Of a DNA stretch of 64,000 bases, positions 19,741 to 30,395 are shown in pieces. The notes below the pieces were generated by a model that was given only the letters and a program-made list of their open reading frames with translations, did not search any database and was not told where the DNA came from. The position numbers and the translations under genes are program-made. Position 1 is the first letter of the stretch. Each line of letters starts with the position of its first letter. Source of the DNA: a virus; the IMG/VR virus record IMGVR_UViG_3300049893_001204, positions 13,679 through 77,678 of that record, one strand, 5' to 3'.

Positions 19741-20976
19741 GTTTACAATCTATTCACAACATAACAACACCATGCCGCAAGATCAACTGCATTTTGAACC
19801 AGAGGTATTCCGTTCTTATAACGGTAATGAGGTTGTGCTTCAGATGAATGAAGCCAAACGCATTGACCTAATCATCAAAGAACTGCAGGCTATCTATGCA
19901 AGAGAGGAGAAACGTAATCACATGTACCTGCATTTTCCATATGAAGCACCAGAGCTTTTGTTGGAAGCCATTGAGCTGCTTGAGAAAGCAACTGAGTGGG
20001 GTGAACCATCAGATGGTTATCTGACAGGTGAACCACCACTGACTGCAGATGAAATGCACACAGCAGCATGGAAGCAGCACCAGGAGTTGCACTCATAAGT
20101 TGAGTAGTATTACTCACAGCATGAGTAGAGGGTGTACCCCCAGACCCCCAGAGGGTACCAGGGGGGCACCCTTATTTCTATAAGGTAAACCTATGTATCT
20201 AACCATTACACATTAGATACAACCCTTGACTACCCTGATAGACTACCCTCGTTCACTCATCTAACTTCACTTCACTTATGTCTGATCAATTACGTATTCC
20301 TGATTCAATAGATAACCAACGACTTGCTGCTATGCGTTTAGTTGCTCACCTTAAAGAGCAAGCAGATAAGTCAGGTGTTGGATTCATTGGGGGCTTTATT
20401 GCCCCCAATGGAGAAAAGTTTGTCATGTCCAATATGGATGATGAGGACATGCAGATGTTACTTCCTGATGAACTTCAGTGACAACCATGACAACTACACA
20501 CAAACTTATTGAACAAGTCATCAGCTCTTTCGAATTTGAAAAAGTGTTAATCACTATGCAAGCATTGGATTGGAAATGGAGAGATCCAAATACTAAAGAG
20601 ATGCATGTACCTACTATTGCTCGCATGAAAGCAATGGCAACAAACCTGTTGTTCTCATCGATAGAAAACACATGCTGTGGCTCTGGTGGTTTTGAAGCTA
20701 CATACACAGAACCAACAGAGCATGAGCCAGAGTCATTTGAACTCAAGTTTATTGTTACCGAAATGAACACAAATTCCAATGCCTAAGAAATCATCAATCA
20801 ATTTCGACAAGACAATCCTGGGATTTAACATTACAGAACATGGTGTTAAGTCTTATACCAAGTCGATCAAGCTTGGTCCATTCCAGGTAACATTGAATGC
20901 ACGTGACTCAGGTGTACGTGCGTCAGTAGCATTGCCTGGTACAGGATTGTCTAAACGAAACATTAAATTATTCTAA

Positions 20977-21012
20977 AGATCTGGGCATCCTTACGGTGTA
21001 AGTCCCAGGTCT
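20977..21012 (+). ncRNA. Motif A copy 6
   Basis: AGATCTGGG CAT CC ttac GG TGTAAGT CCCAGGTCT. Confidence 0.75.
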
Positions 21013-21705
21013 GTTCACCTACCAATTCAATTCCATGGATCAAATCACTTTGTTTGACAGAGTTAATCTTGCTAACTGCGCAATGCGCAGGGCAGAGGAG
21101 CATCTCTCAGATGCTGAACGCTTTACTGCGGAGTTTCAGACGGTACGTGCTTGGACTAAATACCGTTGCAACATCTACAAGTACGACAATCGTATTGTTG
21201 CTTACACGGAGTCAAACTGATGGCATGCACTGTCCTTGCAATTGAAGAGACTACGATCAATGGATCTGATGTCACAGTTACAGCAATGGTTGAAGACATG
21301 CGTCTTCTATACCGTGCAACATATACAGATCCTGAGGAATGGGCTCCTGCATTATGCAGAGCTTCTTTCCAGCTGGCTGATGACGAACAGATTCCTACTG
21401 ATGAAGATGGCTTCTGCCATTTCTTGTATCAGTTGGATCTTGAATGGCAACTGGTTGACACATCTGATTGGAGTTTAGACTAATGCTTGGCTTTTCAATA
21501 GAATTCAAACGCTGGTACATTGTACTGCGTGGCCCCAGGGGTAGGGTTTACCTTGCCACTGGGTTTGCTAAGCAGTTGCCATTTTATGTATCACCAACAC
21601 AAGCTGCAGCATTCGATGCTGCAGTAGATGATACACATTGTGCAATACTTGCAGATGAATGGCGTGAAGACGATAATGAAGATGAAGAAATAGAGAACTG
21701 ATCAC

Positions 21706-21736
21706 ACGTCCTAGGTCATGACGTTAAACTGACCTA
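21706..21736 (+). ncRNA. Motif B copy 2
   Basis: ACGTC c TAGGTCA t GACGT TAAAC TGACCTA. Confidence 0.75.
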
Positions 21737-21762
21737 CACTACAAACTCAATCCACACCAACC

Positions 21763-23511
21763 ATGCAATTCCGTCTGCCTGACAATCTGCAAACTGAGCT
21801 GCTTGCTTATGACCCAAGCCTTAAGACATTGGCTAAGCAACAGAAAGCTGCTGCTTCAGCAACTAAGAAGACAACACATCCACTTGGTAACCCATATGAT
21901 TTAATCCCAGTGGATATTGTATCTAAAGATACACTTGCTACTGCAATTGAACGTATTAATCGCATGGCTGCTAAGTTTCGTTATTATGTGTTTAATAGGT
22001 TTGAAACAATTGATAACCAACCTATACAGATTACTTATGCCATTATCTATTACTACGCACAATGTTGGTATGCAGCATGGCTTCCACCTGCTGACCAACG
22101 TGATAAGTATGTATATGGTTATCGATATGCATTCAAGAATACTGAGGCTGCACGCAAAGCTATGTCGCATGCAGTAAAAGGTAAGATAGATCAACATCAA
22201 GAAATTAAGTATGGTCGCTCAACCTTTTACATTTATGGTGAGACGGTTACCTTAGAGCAGATCAAGACAACACCATCAAACGAACTGCAATACGGATGGA
22301 ACCTAGCTGGTGTGCCAACGTATTACCAAAAGTCTGGTGAGATGCGACGCGCTTGTATCAATGAATTCTACAAGTCATTGTCATTGTTTATACCTACGTG
22401 GCAAGATAGCCGTGAAATCTTTGAGCGTGTTCGTAATCAACATTGCATTGCATCATTGTTGATTAGTTATTCAGACCTTAACATTTCCTATTGGGATACA
22501 GTTGACAAGAATACTTGGGTACCATCACATGAATCATTGCTTAACTTGATTGACTACAATGTAATCTATGCAGAAAACCTGGGTTATAGCAGAGGCTATG
22601 AGTATAAAAGATTACACAAGATCAAGCACATTATTAATACACCATTCTTTAAGAAATGGATAGAAGAACAATGTGCATTAGTTATGACGCGTATTAACGA
22701 TAGTTCAATTACAGATTCAAAGCTAGTTGCTGCGCCATGGAAAACAATCATTGCTTTGTTGACTGCAATATATGGCATTCATAGTGTATGGGATGACTGT
22801 CCTATTGATTACTATCAATCACATATGTCTGCATTGATTGCTAGTGGTAATTGTTTTTCATACGCAAGTAACCTAGTTCAGAAGTGGTTGAAAGATAACA
22901 TGCCTGTTGCATCATTCTTTAAGATAGTTGAGAAGTCATACGTTAAAGAATTAGCAGGCAATATGTATTTTGATAGAGATATTCAACATCACACGTATCG
23001 TTTGCATGAATGGCGTGACACTATGAACATGCTAACTAATATACTTAACAAGCAAGATACATTTGATCCGCCTAGCCGCTGGCGTATTGAAGAGTTCCAT
23101 GACCATGTGCAATCAACTGCATGGAAACTAAACAATGAGAACCAATCATTACCACAAGATTTGTTTCCAACACCAATTAAGATTTCACTTGGTGAATCAA
23201 CATGGACATTCTTCCAGCCCATTGATACACATCAACTTGCAGCTTGGGGCCAGGCCGTACGTAACTGCGTTGGCTCTGCATCAGGCTATGCAGAAGGTGT
23301 ACGCAAGAAGAAACATTTCATTGTACTGTGCATGATTGATAACAAGCCTGTGTTTACCATCCAGCTAGATGTCAACAATGGCGTCATGAATGTTAATCAA
23401 ATTAAGGGGGTATCCAACACATCACTTAAACCTGAACAACAAGAATTGTATACAACTGCATTCAGTCAGGCATTGAAAGCCAGGGATGCTGAGCTAGCAT
23501 CTAAGAGCTGA
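21763..23511 (+). CDS. PcfJ-like domain protein
   Basis: C-terminal FHD...WGQAVRNCVGS..YA...FTIQL...NQIKGVSN pattern. Confidence 0.7.
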   Translation: MQFRLPDNLQTELLAYDPSLKTLAKQQKAAASATKKTTHPLGNPYDLIPVDIVSKDTLATAIERINRMAAKFRYYVFNRFETIDNQPIQITYAIIYYYAQCWYAAWLPPADQRDKYVYGYRYAFKNTEAARKAMSHAVKGKIDQHQEIKYGRSTFYIYGETVTLEQIKTTPSNELQYGWNLAGVPTYYQKSGEMRRACINEFYKSLSLFIPTWQDSREIFERVRNQHCIASLLISYSDLNISYWDTVDKNTWVPSHESLLNLIDYNVIYAENLGYSRGYEYKRLHKIKHIINTPFFKKWIEEQCALVMTRINDSSITDSKLVAAPWKTIIALLTAIYGIHSVWDDCPIDYYQSHMSALIASGNCFSYASNLVQKWLKDNMPVASFFKIVEKSYVKELAGNMYFDRDIQHHTYRLHEWRDTMNMLTNILNKQDTFDPPSRWRIEEFHDHVQSTAWKLNNENQSLPQDLFPTPIKISLGESTWTFFQPIDTHQLAAWGQAVRNCVGSASGYAEGVRKKKHFIVLCMIDNKPVFTIQLDVNNGVMNVNQIKGVSNTSLKPEQQELYTTAFSQALKARDAELASKS

Positions 23512-23766
23512 AGCCACAGCAAGGCCATCGTATGCTTGGCATAGGTGGCCTTTTCTTTCATGCCTGACTACACTGATGAACAGCTGCTTGCCATGGCAAT
23601 GGCAAACATTGGTGAATACATTCATGATCACTCACCACACTATGTACTGATTGAAGATCCTCGTAATGAGGATGACTATGATACATGGGATTATGGTACT
23701 GAGCCATTACCTCATGATCACACTTGGCATTCAACTGCAATCACAGTTGATGTAAGTCCAAGTGAT

Positions 23767-23841
23767 GCCGGCGTAGCCCAATCGGAAGAAGGCAAGTGAC
23801 TTAAAATCACTCAAGTACGAGTTCGAATCTCGTCGCCGGCA
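23767..23841 (+). tRNA. tRNA-Leu (anticodon TAA)
   Basis: GCCGGCG/CGCCGGC acceptor, AGTGA-CTTAAAA-TCACT anticodon arm, ACGAG-TTCGAAT-CTCGT T arm, A discriminator. Confidence 0.85.
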
Positions 23842-23853
23842 GTCTTTCTTTTT

Positions 23854-24360
23854 ATGTTTATGAGCCAAGCTAAAGCTGCTTTAATACAAGCTTATGAAAA
23901 AGGTTATCGAGTTAAAGATAACGTTGTTTATGGGATTGTTAAAAAGCAACCATTAAAACTCAGTTGCTCTAAGTCTGGCTATCTATTTTTTAATGTAAAG
24001 TTTGGTTCAAAAACAGTTAAAGTATTTCTGCATCGTTTAGTTGCATATGAAAAGTATCAAGACAAATTGCTTGAGCCGGGTATCTTGGTTCGACATTTAA
24101 ACGGCAATAGCAAAGATAATTCATTTGGAAATATTTGCATTGGAACTCAAACTGAAAACATGTTAGATAGAAGTCCGGAAGAACGTTTGAATCATGCTAT
24201 TAAGGCATCTAGTTCTATACGTAAATTTACAAATGAGAAAGTAAATCAAATTAAACTTGACCATTCAAATGGTTTAGGTTATAAAGCTTTAATGGAAAAG
24301 TATGGCATTACTTCTAAAGGAACCTTGCATTATATTCTTACTCATGAATATGTAACGTAA
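23854..24360 (+). CDS. HNH homing endonuclease
   Basis: LHRLVA...VRHLNGNSKDN..GNI..GTQTENM; AT-rich. Confidence 0.85.
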   Translation: MFMSQAKAALIQAYEKGYRVKDNVVYGIVKKQPLKLSCSKSGYLFFNVKFGSKTVKVFLHRLVAYEKYQDKLLEPGILVRHLNGNSKDNSFGNICIGTQTENMLDRSPEERLNHAIKASSSIRKFTNEKVNQIKLDHSNGLGYKALMEKYGITSKGTLHYILTHEYVT

Positions 24361-24363
24361 ACA

Positions 24364-24391
24364 CTGGGCATCCTTATGGTGTAAGTCCCAG
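24364..24391 (+). ncRNA. Motif A copy 7
   Basis: CTGGG CAT CC ttat GG TGTAAGT CCCAG. Confidence 0.75.
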
Positions 24392-24757
24392 CCACCAACC
24401 CACACAGCAACTTCAACATCATGTCAATTTTTGCTTGCTTTAAGTACATCATTCCTGAGTTCCATGCCTTCAGTGATGAAGACAAGCGCTACAACGTAGG
24501 TGCGACATGGACTGCACAAGATGGACTTAAGGATTACCACAACATTGAGTTGCGGTACGTCCACAACTCAGAACGTCTTGCGCTCCAAGGTGATCCACAA
24601 CCTGATGGCAGCTGGCGTTATGTAGAACCCAATGGCAATGTCCATACCATCTCAGCTGATCGAGCTAAACACTTTATGGAGCAGACACAGTTGCATGCCA
24701 CCATCATGGTTGAGATGCTAGACAAGCTTAAGGAATCTGGTACAGGGCAGCCGCCCA

Positions 24758-24786
24758 TTGACACTAGTGTCCAGCCTGCTTAAGCT
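24758..24786 (+). promoter_or_regulatory. Sigma70-like promoter
   Basis: TTGACA-17 nt-TAAGCT. Confidence 0.4.
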
Positions 24787-24803
24787 ACACTTGAACTGCT
24801 GAC

Positions 24804-24836
24804 AGATCCCCGGCGCAAGCTGGGGTCTTTTCTTTT
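24804..24836 (+). terminator. Intrinsic terminator
   Basis: CCCCGGC-GCAA-GCTGGGG followed by T-rich tract. Confidence 0.7.
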
Positions 24837-24943
24837 GATGGACACATTGCTAATCATTTTTATTATCTGTGGTATTTCATTTATTGTTGTTTCTGTAGTT
24901 TATGACTGACCCAAACGAAGAAACTCATCAAGGAGTTAGACCA

Positions 24944-25252
24944 ATGACTGACATCACCCCACCGCCGGAGCTACTGGATAAGTGGGACAACTTACCAATA
25001 AGTACCCAGGAAATCTTTGTAATTGCCGTCCAATGGGGCGCCAACCAGGAATTGGAGGCGTGCTGTGAGTGGCTTGACGATTACCTCTTGGCTCCTAAGT
25101 CAACTCAGCTTCGCGCCGCCCGCCGCCCCAAGCCACCGAGCTTGAAGGAGCAAAGCCTTGCCCTGATTGATCTCATCCAAGGCAACAAGAAATCCTGGGA
25201 CCTCAGAGACTTGGATGTTGTCCGCCACGCACTGGAGCAACTCGATGCCTGA
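24944..25252 (+). CDS. Cyanophage-type hypothetical protein (GC-rich insert)
   Basis: ITPPPELL...WGANQELEACCEWL...LRAARRPKPPSLKEQ. Confidence 0.65.
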   Translation: MTDITPPPELLDKWDNLPISTQEIFVIAVQWGANQELEACCEWLDDYLLAPKSTQLRAARRPKPPSLKEQSLALIDLIQGNKKSWDLRDLDVVRHALEQLDA

Positions 25253-25517
25253 CCTCTCCCCCGCCGCGCAAGCAGTGTTGGATGCCTTTGAGCGGGCTCG
25301 TGATGCCGCGCTTGATGAGGACGACATGCTTGGTCTTGCCGCCGCCCTTATTGCGCTAGCGGATCAGGTGGTGCCGCACCAGTCAGATCCACCCAGTGGC
25401 GATGGTGAACCATGGCCTCGCGGCTACGCACTTCTTAGCGACGGATGGTGGGAACAGCGCCAAATGACACGCGCCGAGATCCTCGCCATTGCCGCCGAGC
25501 TGGAGGGTGAGCAATGA
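25245..25517 (+). CDS. Cyanophage-type hypothetical protein (GC-rich insert)
   Basis: LSPAAQAVLDAF...ALADQVVP...ILAIAAELEG. Confidence 0.65.
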   Translation: MPDLSPAAQAVLDAFERARDAALDEDDMLGLAAALIALADQVVPHQSDPPSGDGEPWPRGYALLSDGWWEQRQMTRAEILAIAAELEGEQ

Positions 25518-25802
25518 CTGACTCAATTAATTTAGACCTTGTTGATCAAGTTGTTTCTGTAATTCCTACAGAAGCGTGGCCTGTTGTTAACACTGCATTG
25601 ATTAATGCCATTGTTGATAACATGCCATCTACTGTACTGGAGCAATTAACAAATGATCCGTGTGGGTTTGATGAAGCTCAGCATATCCTTACTAACTACT
25701 ACAGTAAAGATGGGTATGAACGTGAGTTAATCATTGACTCATTTAAGATCCTTGGAGATAGTTACGTTTGTAGCATCCTTGATTCTTTAGAACTTTACAA
25801 AC

Positions 25803-26174
25803 ATGTCATTCACGAAGGGACAGGTACCTCACTGCAATCAATGCAAGACGGGGAGGATGTTAGTCAAGGAATCTCGTAAGGTTGATTCATACATGCGACG
25901 CAGGCGCATGTGTGATCATTGTGGTTATAGAGATACCACATATGAAGTACCAATCGAATTCTTTGAACAAGCTAAAGCCAATCAACAAATTGTTGCAAAG
26001 CTAACCCAGCTTGTTACTGGTACTGCTACCCTGCAACCACTCCCACTTCAACAGGAGATCAAATGTATTAGATGTCATTTCAATAACAGAACATCATGTT
26101 CTTTTGAGTTACCTGAGTACAACACTCAGGATGCATTTGATTGTGTTCATTTTTCTTTGCCTTATGCCAACTAA
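25803..26174 (+). CDS. NrdR-like zinc-ribbon protein
   Basis: CNQC...VKESR...RRRRMCDHCGYRDTTYE. Confidence 0.7.
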   Translation: MSFTKGQVPHCNQCKTGRMLVKESRKVDSYMRRRRMCDHCGYRDTTYEVPIEFFEQAKANQQIVAKLTQLVTGTATLQPLPLQQEIKCIRCHFNNRTSCSFELPEYNTQDAFDCVHFSLPYAN

Positions 26175-26459
26175 AGCTAAGTTTAAATACAGCATTGGTG
26201 ATCGCGTAGCTGAACGCCCCAAGCTACGTGGTGTCTTTGCACGCACTCAAGAGACACGTGATCGCATTGCGCAGCATCGTAACCAACGCTATGGCACAGT
26301 AGTTGGCTTTGATTCCAAGCGTAATGTAGATGGTCGTACCATGCAGTTCTTAGTTATTCAGTGGGATCATTTGACATCACCAACAGCTCATGCTCAGATG
26401 CGTATTTGTCCTATTGATCAGTTACAAGAACTGACGAATCAAATCATTGTGCCTGGAGA

Positions 26460-27155
26460 ATGATCATGAATGTCAAGTTGATCTGGGTAACCCCCAACGC
26501 AGAGGAGCTAATTACTTATATGGCACGTGTCAGTGCCCCAAAAAATCAGGAGAATATGGAGACTGCTCCTAAGTTGTTGCGTTATTTAATTCAACATAAG
26601 CATTGGTCTCCTTATGAGATGGCTAACATGTGTGTTGAAATTAACACAACCCGTGCAATATCTGCACAGATTATTAGACATCGCTCATTTAGTTTCCAGG
26701 AGTTTAGTGCTCGCTATGCAGATGTCAGTGAACTAGGTTCTGCTGTCATCCCACACTTGCGTAGACAAGATCATAAGAACAGACAAAATAGTATTGATGA
26801 TTTAGATACAGAGATGGTTGGTAGTTATTACCGACGTATCAGTCAACTTTTTGAGGATGCTGAACATCTCTATCGTGAGATGATAAGCACTGGTGTTGCT
26901 AAAGAGTGCGCCAGGAACATTCTGCCAATGGCAGCTCAGACTAGAATCTATATGCAAGGATCCTTGCGGTCATGGATCCATTACTTACAGCTACGTTGTG
27001 ACAACGGAACTCAAGCAGAACACCGACAAATTGCAGAAGAAATCAAACGAATCTTCTGTCAACAATTCCCAGTCACTGGAGAAGTTGCCTTCTCAGGAGA
27101 AGACAACACAACGCAACCACCTGAGGAACAACGCATTAGTCGTTTGTTTTTCTAA
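26460..27155 (+). CDS. thyX: FAD-dependent thymidylate synthase
   Basis: HWSPYE, QIIRHRSFSFQEFSARY signature, KECARNILP. Confidence 0.95.
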   Translation: MIMNVKLIWVTPNAEELITYMARVSAPKNQENMETAPKLLRYLIQHKHWSPYEMANMCVEINTTRAISAQIIRHRSFSFQEFSARYADVSELGSAVIPHLRRQDHKNRQNSIDDLDTEMVGSYYRRISQLFEDAEHLYREMISTGVAKECARNILPMAAQTRIYMQGSLRSWIHYLQLRCDNGTQAEHRQIAEEIKRIFCQQFPVTGEVAFSGEDNTTQPPEEQRISRLFF

Positions 27156-27280
27156 GAGGGTGTGACCTCACGGTGATCAAGCCGCAAGGTCATTCGTTTA
27201 CTAGCCAGGGGAAGCAGCAGAAACCCTGACTCCCTCGGGACTGACGCTGCTCTTCTGCGTCCCACAACAGTCTACTTGAC

Positions 27281-27307
27281 ACGTCCTAAGCATGACGTTA
27301 AACTGCT
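27281..27307 (+). ncRNA. Motif B copy 3
   Basis: ACGTC cta AGCA t GACGT TAAAC TGCT. Confidence 0.7.
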
Positions 27308-27330
27308 CCACACCAACTCACTACAACATC

Positions 27331-28119
27331 ATGAAACTTCTTAAGTTTTCTACTGGGAACGGCAAGCTCAAGAATCGTTTGATCTTTTCGTTGCCAGCGG
27401 GTTATGCATGCCCACATGCTGGTGTATGCAAGACCTTTGCAGATCGTGTCACAGGTAACATTACTGACTTACCTCAGCACACTGGTACTACAGCGGATGA
27501 GTTCCGCTGCTTTGCTGCAATGGCAGAGACTAGGCCAACCGTACGTGATGCACGTTGGCATAACTGGGATCTGCTGCGTAATACCATCCATCTCAATGGC
27601 AATCAGTCAATGCTGATGCGTGATCTGATTGACATGTCGTTGTTGATGGAACCAGAGAAGGAACTTGTACGCATCCATGAGAGTGGTGACTTCTGGATTG
27701 AAACCTACATGCGTGCATGGGCAATGGTTGCAGCACAGCGACCTAAGCAGAAGTTCTATGCCTATACCAAGTCTCTTGGCATGTGGTTGAACTTACGTGA
27801 TCAGCTGCCATCTAACTTCTATCTCACTGCATCTTACGGTGGTACGCTTGACTATCTCTTGCCAAAGTATCCAGATGTGTTCAAGCGTATTGCTTATGTG
27901 GTATACACAGAAGATGAAGCTAAAGAGCGTGGTCTAGAGATTGACCATGACGACAGCCATTGCTTTGGCAACAAGCCGTTTGCACTCCTTGTGCATGGCA
28001 GCCAACGCGCTGGATCAGACGCCATGAAAGCTTTGTCTCAACGTAAGAAAGACAAGGGATTCGTTGGGTACGGTAAAACATTCCAAAAAGAATCCGTACC
28101 TATTAACGTCTTTGCTTAG
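27331..28119 (+). CDS. Gp88-like protein
   Basis: GNGKL...FSLPAGYACP...C...CFA, RIHESGDF, FYAYTKS. Confidence 0.7.
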   Translation: MKLLKFSTGNGKLKNRLIFSLPAGYACPHAGVCKTFADRVTGNITDLPQHTGTTADEFRCFAAMAETRPTVRDARWHNWDLLRNTIHLNGNQSMLMRDLIDMSLLMEPEKELVRIHESGDFWIETYMRAWAMVAAQRPKQKFYAYTKSLGMWLNLRDQLPSNFYLTASYGGTLDYLLPKYPDVFKRIAYVVYTEDEAKERGLEIDHDDSHCFGNKPFALLVHGSQRAGSDAMKALSQRKKDKGFVGYGKTFQKESVPINVFA

Positions 28120-28288
28120 ACCCGCTACTATCAGTTAGTTATACCTAACTGATTAATGGCTTATCTGCTGGCATGTTGGAAGTCTGGTACACCATATGGT
28201 GTCCGGGCTTCCACTGATTCTTTTGAGTTGATTCCGTTAGACTCGGAAACAGCATTAGGAAAAGTCTTTAGTCATCCGTATCGCTCAG

Positions 28289-30184
28289 GTGCACAAAAGA
28301 TTTTGTCCTGGATCCAGCAGAATGATCATGTCCTCAATCGTGAAGAACTCTCAATTCAAGATTGCGCCAGGTTCCAGCGATGAACGTTGGCTCATCTTTG
28401 ATTTGGAATCGGATGGGTTGTATGACGTTGTATCCGTTATCCATTGCATTGTCATCTATGACATTGGAGCCAACCAAACTTTTACTTATGGGCCTGATTG
28501 CATTGCTATTGCTCTTGATCATTTGGCAACCGCTGATGTTTTGATAGGGCACAACATCATCTTTTATGATCTGCCTGTTCTGCAAAAGTTGCATTCATTT
28601 GTCTGCAAAAGTCGGATTGTAGACACACTTATTTGCACTCGATTGATCTGGCCTAAGGAGGTACTCTATGACCTTGACACAGAACAATATCCGCAGGTTC
28701 CAGAAAAGAACCGTGGATCCGCATCACTTAAGGCTTGGGGATGGCGCTTGGCCAATCACAAGATCGACTTCAAAGACTTCAGTGAATACAGCCAAGAGAT
28801 GTTGGACTACTGTGTCCAGGATGTTGTTGTCACCCTTAGCCTTTGGCAATTCATTGTCAAACAAAACTATCCGCAAGCAGCTTACAAACTTGAACACGAC
28901 TTTGCTATTGCCATTAACAAACAAATTAGAGCAGGCATTCCTTTTGACGTTGATGCATCTCTTGATCTTGTGGATGGTCTTAGAACAAAACAAAAAGAAC
29001 TCGAAGTTCATTTAAAAAAAATCTTTCCACCTATCAAACATGAGACTACCTTTATCCCCAAGGTTAACAACTCCACGAAGGGTTACGTTAAAGGCCAAGC
29101 TTTTACTAAAGTACATTGGGAGGAATTTAATCCTGGCTCTCGTGAGCAGATTGTACAAAGGCTACAAGCAAAGTACGGATGGACCCCTGAAACAACTACG
29201 GAGAAAGGTAATCCAATTCTTAATGACGATATACTTGCGGCACTTCCATATCCCGAGGCAATTCAGTTATCCGAATACATGTTGGTTAAGAAGCGTCTTG
29301 GCCAAATAGCAGATGGTCGTAACGCATGGCTCAAGCTTGTTAACAATGACACTGGTCGTATGCATGGTGATCTAGTAACCAATGGTTGCATCACAGGTCG
29401 TTGTGCTCACCGCAACCCAAACATGGGTCAAGTACCAGCAAGCTATTCACCTTATGGTCATGAGTGCCGTAGTTTGTTCCATGCCCCGCAAGGTTGGGAT
29501 CTTATTGGTATTGATGCCAAAGCATTGGAGCTGCGTTGTTTAGCTGGTTATCTTGCCCTCTGGGATGATGGTGAGTATGCATCAATGGTTATTAATCCAG
29601 AAGTAGATATCCATAGCTATAACCAAGAGCAATTTGGTGTAGCAACCAGGGACATAAGCAAACGTCTTTTATATGGGCTTCTATACGGGTGTGGTGCAAT
29701 TAAAGCAGGTACTATCATCAATGCAGAAGAGAAAGATCCTGAGGTACTTGCAACTTTAGGGCGTAATGCTATCGATGGTTTTATGCGTGGTGTACCAGCA
29801 CTGAAAAAGCTTAAACAAAAGATTGAAGAGACTATTGGAACTCGTGGTTATCTTATTGGTCTTGATGGTCGCACTCTACATTGTCGTTCCGCTTTTAAAG
29901 GATTGAATGTTTTGTTGCAATCCAGTGGTGCAATCATCATGAAACAAGTTGTAATTAATATGCACAACAACATTGAACAAAACCTGGCTTTACCACATGG
30001 TCAGGAGTGGGAACAAATGCTTATGATCCATGACGAAGTCCAGTTGGCATGCAAGCCTGAGCACACAGAACACATCCGTGAACAAGCATTGCAAGCCTTC
30101 CCCCAAGCAGGTGCGTTCTTTGGATTTAAATGTACAATTGAAGGCGACTCCCGCGTTGGCAAGACGTGGGCTGATACACATTAA
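28289..30184 (+). CDS. polA: Family A DNA polymerase (T7-like) with 3'-5' exonuclease
   Basis: ExoI FDLESDG, ExoIII YCVQDV, motif A DAKALELR, motif B KRLLYGLLYG, motif C IHDE; true start probably nearer 28322. Confidence 0.95.
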   Translation: MHKRFCPGSSRMIMSSIVKNSQFKIAPGSSDERWLIFDLESDGLYDVVSVIHCIVIYDIGANQTFTYGPDCIAIALDHLATADVLIGHNIIFYDLPVLQKLHSFVCKSRIVDTLICTRLIWPKEVLYDLDTEQYPQVPEKNRGSASLKAWGWRLANHKIDFKDFSEYSQEMLDYCVQDVVVTLSLWQFIVKQNYPQAAYKLEHDFAIAINKQIRAGIPFDVDASLDLVDGLRTKQKELEVHLKKIFPPIKHETTFIPKVNNSTKGYVKGQAFTKVHWEEFNPGSREQIVQRLQAKYGWTPETTTEKGNPILNDDILAALPYPEAIQLSEYMLVKKRLGQIADGRNAWLKLVNNDTGRMHGDLVTNGCITGRCAHRNPNMGQVPASYSPYGHECRSLFHAPQGWDLIGIDAKALELRCLAGYLALWDDGEYASMVINPEVDIHSYNQEQFGVATRDISKRLLYGLLYGCGAIKAGTIINAEEKDPEVLATLGRNAIDGFMRGVPALKKLKQKIEETIGTRGYLIGLDGRTLHCRSAFKGLNVLLQSSGAIIMKQVVINMHNNIEQNLALPHGQEWEQMLMIHDEVQLACKPEHTEHIREQALQAFPQAGAFFGFKCTIEGDSRVGKTWADTH

Positions 30185-30347
30185 CCATGTACTTACTTGT
30201 AAAATTACTTAACGAATTACTTACTCTTGGTGTTTATTCAACATTGATTAAATGTGCATTTGACTTTACTTGGTATCAAGGATTTGCTCTTGGTTATTTG
30301 TTTTGGATTTTACGTGATGCCTGTAAAAATCCCAACAAATGATTATT

Positions 30348-30374
30348 CGTCCCAGGTATGACGTTAAACTGCCT
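30348..30374 (+). ncRNA. Motif B copy 4
   Basis: CGTC cc AGGTA t GACG TTAAAC TGCCT. Confidence 0.7.
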
Positions 30375-30395
30375 TAACACCTTGCATCTGTACTC

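Noticed and set aside
14069-24391. CRISPR array or integron attC array
   Set aside because: Spacing is gene-sized and irregular, no cas or integrase gene is in the window, and G-U pairs and GNRA loops favour RNA.
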